A stretch of DNA of 64,000 nucleotides from an uncultured virus (IMG/VR IMGVR_UViG_3300010150_000013) (lineage: Duplodnaviria > Heunggongvirae > Uroviricota > Caudoviricetes), in the IMG/VR virus record IMGVR_UViG_3300010150_000013, positions 1-64,000 of that record. One strand, given 5' to 3'. A program made the translations under genes and the position numbers. A model generated the notes under the pieces. The model worked only from the letters and a program-made list of their open reading frames with translations. It had not been told where the DNA came from and did no database searches. Of this stretch, positions 19,678 through 27,046 are shown piece by piece; the first letter of the stretch is position 1; each line of letters opens with the position of its first letter.

Positions 19678-20377
19678 GACAGCAAAGAAAACTAAAAAGA
19701 AGTTCTATAACAAGTATATCTACAAAGTTAGTTTAACGTTACCTGGTGCATATAGTTTACGTACACTCGGTCATCAAGAGATCTTGGAGTTTGCGACCGG
19801 TTTACGACCGCCTCCACAGTCAGATGGAGCAGATTATAGTGAAGCAACTTGGCGTACAAGAAATGCTCATACAATATTAAAGCATAGTCAAACATGGATA
19901 TCTTTTTTAGGTATTATAAATTCAGTACCAAAGAATGAAGTAACTATTCGAATTGAAACTGATATATTAGATGTGTATACAAATAACAAAACACTTTATG
20001 GAACACTTTGTTATGAGTTTTCAGATATAACTAGAAACAGGTTTGAGCCTGCTCCTGGTATGGAAGACACTTTGCTTTATAGTGATCAAGAAATATTTGT
20101 AAAAGAATTACCACACAGCATGTATAACTATCAGATAGATCTTAAAACTCCTAAATCTTTAACATTCGGAGAGCTTGAAAGTTTAGCAGACTGGTGCCGT
20201 TCACGAAAACCTGCTATTGCATTTACTGATGCTACCTATAACTGGCTTCTTAAACGTGATATATTCAACACTAGACGTTGGATATACGTTGATAACGATA
20301 GTACGCTACTGATGCTTAGATTGCGCTGTAACGACCTTATAGGCACTGTACGTAAATATGTAAAAACAGGTAAATAG
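19667..20377 (+). CDS. Hypothetical protein
   Basis: 236-aa ORF overlapping clpA end. Confidence 0.7.
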   Translation: MMLKTAKKTKKKFYNKYIYKVSLTLPGAYSLRTLGHQEILEFATGLRPPPQSDGADYSEATWRTRNAHTILKHSQTWISFLGIINSVPKNEVTIRIETDILDVYTNNKTLYGTLCYEFSDITRNRFEPAPGMEDTLLYSDQEIFVKELPHSMYNYQIDLKTPKSLTFGELESLADWCRSRKPAIAFTDATYNWLLKRDIFNTRRWIYVDNDSTLLMLRLRCNDLIGTVRKYVKTGK

Positions 20378-20381
20378 TAAT

Positions 20382-20738
20382 ATGAGCGAGAGTAGACAAC
20401 TATTAGGTCCTGTAACTTCAATTGTATCTGATTCAGCATATACATATGGTGATAAGAAAAAAGGTGCAGGATATCATAAAAACAATGACGGTGTGCATAC
20501 AGTTGCGTACTATGTCAATGCCTTTCAAGGTACTATTAAAGTACAAGGCACACTAGCAGAAGAGCCAGGTGAGAATGACTGGGTAGATGTAATAGAATGG
20601 GGTGGTGATAGTACTTATTACGGCCAAGGAATAGAAGATTACATAGGCACACAGACGTTTACAGGCAAGTTTATATGGCTAAGAGCAGGTCATAACGTTC
20701 AAGACGGGCAAATAGTCCAGGTCCTTTATAACTACTAA
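20382..20738 (+). CDS. Hypothetical beta-rich (probably virion) protein
   Basis: TAAATA-N5-ATG start. Confidence 0.65.
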   Translation: MSESRQLLGPVTSIVSDSAYTYGDKKKGAGYHKNNDGVHTVAYYVNAFQGTIKVQGTLAEEPGENDWVDVIEWGGDSTYYGQGIEDYIGTQTFTGKFIWLRAGHNVQDGQIVQVLYNY

Positions 20739-20788
20739 GTTTGATTAATAACGCTAAATACAGTATAATCTTGTAAAGAGAGGATACT

Positions 20789-21169
20789 ATGCGCGATCTA
20801 TTGAAAAAACTAGAGTCAATTGAAACAGTAACAGAGATCAGTGATCTCGAAGAACAAACATTTAATGGTGAAGAATTCTTTGAATACTATGGCTATTTGC
20901 CATGGCACGAAGATGTTCCCGTTGAAGAAGCAGAATACCAAGGACGTAAAGTATCGCTAGGTAAACCAATGCGTGGCGATGTTAAGAAATTCAAAGTATA
21001 TGTAAGAGATCCCAAAACTAAAAATATTAAAAAAGTAAACTTTGGTGATCCTAATATGCGTATTAAAAAGTCTAACCCAAAGAGACGTAAAAGTTTCCGT
21101 GCTAGACACAATTGTTCAAACCCAGGACCACGTACTAAAGCACGTTACTGGTCATGTAGGAAATGGTAA
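20789..21169 (+). CDS. Putative internal head protein with basic C-terminal domain
   Basis: Acidic leader, VEEA site, then basic KVNFGDPNM...SFRARHNC...ARYWSC domain. Confidence 0.65.
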   Translation: MRDLLKKLESIETVTEISDLEEQTFNGEEFFEYYGYLPWHEDVPVEEAEYQGRKVSLGKPMRGDVKKFKVYVRDPKTKNIKKVNFGDPNMRIKKSNPKRRKSFRARHNCSNPGPRTKARYWSCRKW

Positions 21170-21170
21170 T

Positions 21171-21509
21171 ATGTTATTAAAAGAACTTTTCTCTCCTATC
21201 GGTGCCCCTAATGATAAAGAAGATGATATTAACTGGCACGACGATTTGAAAGTGTTTATGGACAATGACAATGAAGTTATGTCTACTGTAATGTTTCCAG
21301 CAATTAAGAAACATGAAAAATACAGAGGACATCCAAATGCTTATAAAATTTATATAAAGCCTGTGGAAAAATGTTGTGATATGTATTGCAACAAATTTGG
21401 TGTCGATAAACCAGAAGAAAAGTTTTCTAGAGAAAACATGATTTCATTAGCAAGACAAATTGCTAAAGAGCAAGAGATGCATTTAGAGAACGGCGACTAT
21501 GAGAATTAA
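21171..21509 (+). CDS. Putative internal head protein
   Basis: Probable start MLLKELF at 21171. Upstream part of track ORF overlaps previous gene. Confidence 0.6.
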   Translation: MLLKELFSPIGAPNDKEDDINWHDDLKVFMDNDNEVMSTVMFPAIKKHEKYRGHPNAYKIYIKPVEKCCDMYCNKFGVDKPEEKFSRENMISLARQIAKEQEMHLENGDYEN

Positions 21510-22119
21510 TGAAATATTTTTAACTGAAGATGATGCCGATAAGCATATGACTTTTTGCTTTGGCAGATTCAATCCACCTACACTTGGACATAAAGAAGTT
21601 TTTAAGTCAATGAAGAAAGCTGGTGGCGAATTAGAAATATATACTAGCCAAACACAAGACGCAAAAAAGAATCCTTTAGACTATTCAACCAAAGTAGACT
21701 TTATTAGAAAAGTACATCCTGACTTTGCAAACAACGTTGTAGAAAACACAGACTTGAATACACTACCTAAAATTTGTACTTCATTACATGAAAGAGGTTA
21801 CAATCATATAACATTTGTTGCAGGAAGTGATCGTCTTGAGATGATGTCTAAACTTATAAAAGATTATAACGGTGTCGAAGGAAAAGGACACGGTTACTAT
21901 AAATTTGAAACAATGAATTTTGAATCTAGCGGACAACGTGAAGATGGTTCAGATGGCGTAGAAGGTATTAGTGGAACAATGGCAAGAGCCGATGCTGCTA
22001 ACGGAGACATAAACAAATTTGCACAACATACCGGTGCAGGAGAACATGCAGATGAATTATACGCTGCGGTTAGAAAAGGTATGGGGATCAATGATAACAC
22101 AGGGGAAAATGATGAATAA
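21499..22119 (+). CDS. HxGH nucleotidyltransferase-like protein with capsid-targeting-like leader
   Basis: MRINEIFLTE leader. FGRFNPPTLGH, NPL, VAGSDR, ISGTMAR motifs. Confidence 0.75.
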   Translation: MRINEIFLTEDDADKHMTFCFGRFNPPTLGHKEVFKSMKKAGGELEIYTSQTQDAKKNPLDYSTKVDFIRKVHPDFANNVVENTDLNTLPKICTSLHERGYNHITFVAGSDRLEMMSKLIKDYNGVEGKGHGYYKFETMNFESSGQREDGSDGVEGISGTMARADAANGDINKFAQHTGAGEHADELYAAVRKGMGINDNTGENDE

Positions 22120-22615
22120 AGAATCAGCATATGATCATCCACATGGAGCGAAGCTATCTCGTATCGGCAGAGTTCTTATGGACAAGGCTGTCACTACTAA
22201 AGACGATGCATTATCATTAGTGCTTTCAAGAGTAGGTGACGAACTAACACGCTATGGTGCGCCAGGCGGAGCAAGAAATATTGAAGAACTAGTTAAACGT
22301 TGTAAACTGCCACAAGAAAAAATTATGAAATTAATGAAGTGGGCAGAAAGTCAAAAGGACGTTTTAGACAAAGTTAAAAATCCACCTGATAATCCAGACA
22401 TGGATAAACCAGGACACGAGGAAGAAGAATCATTTTGTCCAGAATGTGCTAAGCCAAGATTCACAGCAATGCCAGAGCATATTCAACAACAGTACGAAAG
22501 CATCAACGAAGAAAAGCAAAAAGGCGTTGACGGCAAAGTATGTTGGAAAGGATATAAAAGAATGGGCACCAAGAAGAAGGGTGGCAAAACAGTAGACAAC
22601 TGCGTTAAGATGTAA
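22109..22615 (+). CDS. Putative internal head protein ending in CWKGY domain
   Basis: Start likely 22109 or 22112. CPEC, then INEE followed by GVDGKVCWKGYKRMGTKKKGGKTVDNCVK. Confidence 0.65.
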   Translation: MMNKESAYDHPHGAKLSRIGRVLMDKAVTTKDDALSLVLSRVGDELTRYGAPGGARNIEELVKRCKLPQEKIMKLMKWAESQKDVLDKVKNPPDNPDMDKPGHEEEESFCPECAKPRFTAMPEHIQQQYESINEEKQKGVDGKVCWKGYKRMGTKKKGGKTVDNCVKM

Positions 22616-22815
22616 TGTCTGAATTAGACGATATTGTTAGACTTGCCGGTATAAATGAATTCAAAGGTTACACACCTTGGGAAGGCAGCAATATTAGTAT
22701 TAGTGGTAATGAAAAGGGAGAACTAATGAAGAAGCATAAGATTGAACCAGGCACCCCTGAATGGTTTAAGTTATGGTTTTCATTACCTAAGTTCACAGGT
22801 GAGAAACCGATATGA
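22615..22815 (+). CDS. Small putative head protein
   Basis: TAATG coupling. RLAGINE, IEPGTPEWFKLWFS. Confidence 0.65.
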   Translation: MSELDDIVRLAGINEFKGYTPWEGSNISISGNEKGELMKKHKIEPGTPEWFKLWFSLPKFTGEKPI

Positions 22816-23906
22816 GATCATTTGAATTTGTATCTGAAAAAGCAGTAAGCAAAAAGCAACAGCAGTTCTTTGGTATAGTAAGAGCTATGCAAAAGGGCGA
22901 CATGAAAAAAGGCGGCGAAGCCGGTGAAGTTGCTAAAGATATGAAAGTTTCTGATGTAAAGGACTTTGCTAAAACAAAGCATAAAGGATTGCCTACAAAG
23001 AAAACATCTGAAGAAGCAGCAGGTGTTGGTATCGTAACAAAACAAAATGCTACCGCAGACGTTCCAGTTGGCGGAGAGTATATGAATGTTAAGAAACTGT
23101 TTCCTAAAAACAAAAAGAAAAAAACTAAAGAAGACAGTGTACAAGAACTTGTTGTAAAACAGCAACGTCCTAAAATTGATGTTATTAATAACATAGCAAT
23201 GAGAAAAGATAATAATCCTTTTCCGTTAAGTTATAAAGATACAGGCGGTGCAAGTTCAGGCGGCATGGTATACATTACTCCAGAAAATGCTAAAAAGTTT
23301 ATACAGTTTTATGATAGACGTGCAGAAGACGAACAGCAACTAATGCTACAGGCACTAAAAAGTGTTTCAGGCTTAAAAAACTTGTTTAACAATCTTGGAC
23401 TTGAAGTTGCAAAAATTGAAGCAACAAAAGAAGAAAATTACGAAAGAGAAGATTTACCCCAAATTAAAAATAAGCACCTAGAACATATTAGACATACTGT
23501 AGAGACAGTAGAGATCGGTGACATTATTCCAGTACAAAATGAATTTGTTCTTGAAAATTTTAAAAAGCAAATAGATAAAATTTCAGAAGGTTCATATGCT
23601 CCTATTATTGTAGATTGCAATAACAAAATTATCAACGGACATCATAGATATGCTGCATTACAAATGCTAGGTGAAACTAATGTAAACGTTGCTAAATTGT
23701 TTTTAACTGTAAATGCAGTAGTTGAAAACTTTGCTGACGGTAAAAAGAAAGGCAAAAGCAAACCAGGACGAGTAAAGAAGTCTGGTGCTAGTTGTAACGG
23801 ATCAGTTACAAGCCTACGTAAAAAAGCAAAGAATGCAGGTGGTGAAAAAGGTAGAATGTATCACTGGTGTGCTAATATGAAATCAGGTCGTAAAAAGGGT
23901 AAATAG
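22812..23906 (+). CDS. Modular putative internal head protein with ParB/Srx-like domain
   Basis: MRSFEFVSE leader. KAVSKKQQ..TKHKGLP domain. PIIVDCNNKIINGHHRYAA ParB-like motif. Basic C-terminal NFADGKK...HWCANMK domain. Confidence 0.7.
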   Translation: MRSFEFVSEKAVSKKQQQFFGIVRAMQKGDMKKGGEAGEVAKDMKVSDVKDFAKTKHKGLPTKKTSEEAAGVGIVTKQNATADVPVGGEYMNVKKLFPKNKKKKTKEDSVQELVVKQQRPKIDVINNIAMRKDNNPFPLSYKDTGGASSGGMVYITPENAKKFIQFYDRRAEDEQQLMLQALKSVSGLKNLFNNLGLEVAKIEATKEENYEREDLPQIKNKHLEHIRHTVETVEIGDIIPVQNEFVLENFKKQIDKISEGSYAPIIVDCNNKIINGHHRYAALQMLGETNVNVAKLFLTVNAVVENFADGKKKGKSKPGRVKKSGASCNGSVTSLRKKAKNAGGEKGRMYHWCANMKSGRKKGK

Positions 23907-23910
23907 TAAT

Positions 23911-24201
23911 ATGAAACTTAATGAATTATTCAATGCCATTGAGCAAAATAAAAAGAGAATGGAATCTGCTACAGCAGGTGCTACAGCTTCTGGCAATATA
24001 GCAACAGTTGTAAGTCCACAACTTGCTATAGGAAAAGGCTCAATTGGTAATAAAAGTTATACAGGTTCTCCAGGAAAAAGCGGTACAAGTGCGCCTAAAC
24101 CGCCTAAAACTGTGCAGAAGAAGAAAAAAGACGGCACAGCAGTAAATGCACTAGACATGAAAGGAAACATTTTTGGTGGCGGCGCTGCGCTCAAAAGATA
24201 A
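23911..24201 (+). CDS. Putative internal head protein
   Basis: MKLNELF leader, MESATAGAT. TAAATA-N5-ATG. Confidence 0.7.
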   Translation: MKLNELFNAIEQNKKRMESATAGATASGNIATVVSPQLAIGKGSIGNKSYTGSPGKSGTSAPKPPKTVQKKKKDGTAVNALDMKGNIFGGGAALKR

Positions 24202-24209
24202 ATATTAGT

Positions 24210-24500
24210 ATGGAAAAGAAGCCCGATCATGAAGCCACAATGGCAAAAGCAGAATTAGCAAACGTTGCTAAGAACGCCATTGCGCTATATAAAATGATTG
24301 AGCCAGGCGACGAATTACAAGGTTGGATTAGCAGTTATATTACTCTATCTAACGATTACTTAGATTCTGTTCGTGAAAGAATGGAGTATGAGATTCAGGC
24401 AGATAATGCTATGAATAAAGGAGAACGAGAATACGAAGCTGGGACTTGCGAAAGTATTCGAGATAAACTAACAACAGAGTGGGAGCTCTTAAAAGGATAG
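24210..24500 (+). CDS. Hypothetical protein (head block)
   Basis: TAAATA-N5-ATG. Confidence 0.7.
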   Translation: MEKKPDHEATMAKAELANVAKNAIALYKMIEPGDELQGWISSYITLSNDYLDSVRERMEYEIQADNAMNKGEREYEAGTCESIRDKLTTEWELLKG

Positions 24501-24504
24501 CATC

Positions 24505-25923
24505 ATGGACTTTAGAAATTTATTAAACAAACTTCCAAGAGAGGAAGCAAAAAACGAAAACACATTTGACGGTACGCTAGAAAGTATAGCAAGAGCCGCT
24601 AACGTTGATTATAAACCACAAGCAGTTGTATTTGAAGGTTATACAGATGACGAAGTTAGAGAACTTTGCCATTCAAAAGACCACGATTGTGCAACAACTG
24701 TTAACCATCCATTATATGGTAAAGGTAAACCAGTTTACGAAAGTCATGCTATTCCAGATGACTACGGTAATGTTGAGTGGTACGATGTACAATTTAAACA
24801 CGGTGTAGAAAAGAAAGTTCCAGCAGCAGACATGGAAATTGTTACACTAGAAGAACACGGTGCTGCTAAACCTAAAAAGAAAAAAGCCAAAGAAGATGCT
24901 AAAGTTGAAAAAGATTCTAAGTCCAAAGAAGTAAAAGAATCAGATGACGAAGTTGCAAAAACTGTAAACGAAGAGCTATCCGAAAAAGACAAAGATACAG
25001 AATTTGCAGCATGGCTTAAGAAAACTCACAACAAAGATGTTGAAGGTTTGAAAGGCGATGAGTACGTTAAAGTATCTAAAGAGTTCCAATCATCTAAAAA
25101 GAAAGAAGAGTCATTTAGAGCTAAGTTCGATGACATGGTTGCTGAAGCAGGTAAGCCAGACTTTTTAGACTTAGACAAAGACGGCAACAAGAAAGAGCCA
25201 ATGAAGAAAGCTGCTAAAGATGCTAAAGGCGGCAAGAAGTCAGGCAAAAAAGAAATGTCAGATAAGCAAAAGAAATTCTTCGGCAAAAAGAAAGAGTCAG
25301 TTGAAGAAGCAGCAGACGTAATTACAGCAGAAAAAATGCCTAAGAAGAAAGACATTTTAATGATGTGCAGCAAAGGTATGAAAGTAAATGAAATTTGCAA
25401 GAAGTATCCAAACTGTGATCAAAAGAAATTAAAAGAGATGTGCGAAGCATGTATGTCTGAAGTTAAAGCAAAGAAAACTAACGAGTCAGTTAACGAAGCA
25501 AAAGACGGCAAGATGCCATCCAAAGCACACATAAAGAAAATGTGTAAAGACGGTAAGTCTAAAGCAGAAATTTGCAAAATGCATCCAGACTGTGATCAAA
25601 AGAAATTAAAAGACATGATCGACGATTGCAAAAAAGACATGAAAGAATCAGTTAACGAGTCAGTTGAAGTTATTAAAGATCCTTCAAACATGTCATTTGT
25701 TGAAATGCTAAAACTTGTAAAAGAAAGCGGTGGACAACAGCAAATTGATCCAGTTGACGAAACACTTTGGAACTGGGCTCAAAGAGTTGCTACTTCAAAA
25801 GTTGAAGAGTCAAACAAAGCAGAAATTTTTGCAGGATTGATTTACGAGCGTAACGGTGGACGTTTTGAAATGTATGACGTTATGGACGAAGACGGACTTA
25901 CTGAGTCAAAAAAAAAGGACTGA
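24505..25923 (+). CDS. Large Lys/Glu-rich modular internal head/scaffold-like protein
   Basis: Many VxE/LxE sites. HDCA..H domain, DLDKDG loop, two Cys-rich repeats. Ends at A9 run. Confidence 0.75.
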   Translation: MDFRNLLNKLPREEAKNENTFDGTLESIARAANVDYKPQAVVFEGYTDDEVRELCHSKDHDCATTVNHPLYGKGKPVYESHAIPDDYGNVEWYDVQFKHGVEKKVPAADMEIVTLEEHGAAKPKKKKAKEDAKVEKDSKSKEVKESDDEVAKTVNEELSEKDKDTEFAAWLKKTHNKDVEGLKGDEYVKVSKEFQSSKKKEESFRAKFDDMVAEAGKPDFLDLDKDGNKKEPMKKAAKDAKGGKKSGKKEMSDKQKKFFGKKKESVEEAADVITAEKMPKKKDILMMCSKGMKVNEICKKYPNCDQKKLKEMCEACMSEVKAKKTNESVNEAKDGKMPSKAHIKKMCKDGKSKAEICKMHPDCDQKKLKDMIDDCKKDMKESVNESVEVIKDPSNMSFVEMLKLVKESGGQQQIDPVDETLWNWAQRVATSKVEESNKAEIFAGLIYERNGGRFEMYDVMDEDGLTESKKKD

Positions 25924-26033
25924 GTGAAGCAAAAGCAGGCTATTGCTCAGATGAGTGTTGCGGTGCAGATGTAAAAGCAGCAGACTGTAATTGCAAACCG
26001 ACTTGTAAGCATTGTGATTGTAATGCAAAATAA
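25911..26033 (+). other. Putative -1 frameshift/slippage site with Cys-rich C-terminal extension
   Basis: A AAA AAG in frame just before TGA. -1 frame reads GLSEAKAGYCSDECCGADVKAADCNCKPTCKHCDCNAK to TAA 26033. Hairpin at 25920-25950. Confidence 0.6.
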
Positions 26034-26060
26034 GTAAAAAGAATTAACCAAAATTAAACT

Positions 26061-26092
26061 AAAGCCAGTTATTAACTTGACTGGCTTTTTTT
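26061..26092 (+). terminator. Intrinsic terminator ending the head block
   Basis: AGCCAGTT-loop-GACTGGCT followed by T-run. Confidence 0.85.
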
Positions 26093-26105
26093 ATGACTAT
26101 ATAAT
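26077..26105 (+). promoter_or_regulatory. Sigma70 promoter overlapping terminator
   Basis: TTGACT-17nt-TATAAT. Confidence 0.8.
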
Positions 26106-26130
26106 AGTACTTCAACCAGGAGAATAATTT

Positions 26131-26409
26131 ATGTCAAAAATGTACGGGCCAGAAGAAAAGGCTAAACTAGAGAGATTGATCAAAGAAGGTTCAAATGTTC
26201 TACGTGAAGTAGAGGATCTTAATGAAGGTCTTAAGGATACTGTAAAAGCAGTAGCAGAAGAACTACAGATCAAACCATCAGTAATTAATAAAGCAATTAA
26301 AATTGCTCACAAAGACGATTGGGCTAAACACTTAGAAGAGTGGGAAGACATCGAAGGCATTCTTGGAATCACAAATAATTTACCGTCCGGTAATACCGAG
26401 AGTGAATAA
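26131..26409 (+). CDS. Small helical DNA-binding protein (T4 DsbA/GapR-like, tentative)
   Basis: Helical EVEDLNEGLKDTVKAVAEELQIKPSVINKAIK pattern. SD AGGAG. Confidence 0.55.
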   Translation: MSKMYGPEEKAKLERLIKEGSNVLREVEDLNEGLKDTVKAVAEELQIKPSVINKAIKIAHKDDWAKHLEEWEDIEGILGITNNLPSGNTESE

Positions 26410-26691
26410 TTGGAAAAGATAAAACACTTTTGGATAGACAGTTATAAGTCTGACACCACAGCATTTGGTTTTGAGCTAGTTAGTTTTATCTTTACAGTAA
26501 TAGCAAGTCTAACACTTGCTTTTAATGCACAAGATCCAAATATGGTTATTATATATCCATTTTTCTTTGTAGGTAGTGTAACACAGTGCTACGCATCAGT
26601 AAGACGTGGTGCTGCTTGGGTTATGCTACTAACAGGGTACTTTGCATGTATAAACGTTTTTGGCTTTCTTGTTGCACTTAATATAATTTAG
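26410..26691 (+). CDS. Small membrane protein (about 3 TM)
   Basis: Three hydrophobic segments. Confidence 0.7.
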   Translation: MEKIKHFWIDSYKSDTTAFGFELVSFIFTVIASLTLAFNAQDPNMVIIYPFFFVGSVTQCYASVRRGAAWVMLLTGYFACINVFGFLVALNII

Positions 26692-26694
26692 TAC

Positions 26695-26723
26695 TTGACA
26701 TTAACCTAAAAATATCGTATAAT
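26695..26723 (+). promoter_or_regulatory. Consensus sigma70 promoter (leaderless start at 26730)
   Basis: TTGACA-17nt-TATAAT. ATG begins at the 7th nt after the -10 box. No SD. Confidence 0.85.
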
Positions 26724-26729
26724 ACATGT

Positions 26730-26954
26730 ATGATATTAAAATCAGATATATTTTTAAAATGGACTGCCACGGTTATTCTAATACTTGGCACAGGCATTAA
26801 TGCTTTAGGATTTTATCCTGCAGGGCCTGTTGTATTAGTACTTGGTAGTTTCATTTGGTTAATCGTAAGTTGTATGTGGAACGAACCTGCACTAATTGTA
26901 ACTAACCTTACATTAGCATTAGTTGGTGTAGCCGGTTTACTATACACACTGTAA
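26730..26954 (+). CDS. Small membrane protein (about 3 TM)
   Basis: Three hydrophobic segments. Confidence 0.7.
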   Translation: MILKSDIFLKWTATVILILGTGINALGFYPAGPVVLVLGSFIWLIVSCMWNEPALIVTNLTLALVGVAGLLYTL

Positions 26955-26979
26955 GTAGAAAGATAAGTATTAATGAAGA

Positions 26980-27041
26980 AGGTAATCGCAGGCCACAAAC
27001 TGCTTATTAGGTACTTGTCAGCCAGAAGTGACATACAGGAG
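26980..27041 (+). promoter_or_regulatory. Tandem hairpins in DNA polymerase leader (candidate translational operator)
   Basis: GCAG-gccacaaa-CTGC and TGTCA-gccagaag-TGACA, each preceded by AGGTA. Second hairpin ends 3 nt before SD AGGAG. Confidence 0.6.
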
Positions 27042-27046
27042 AAAAC

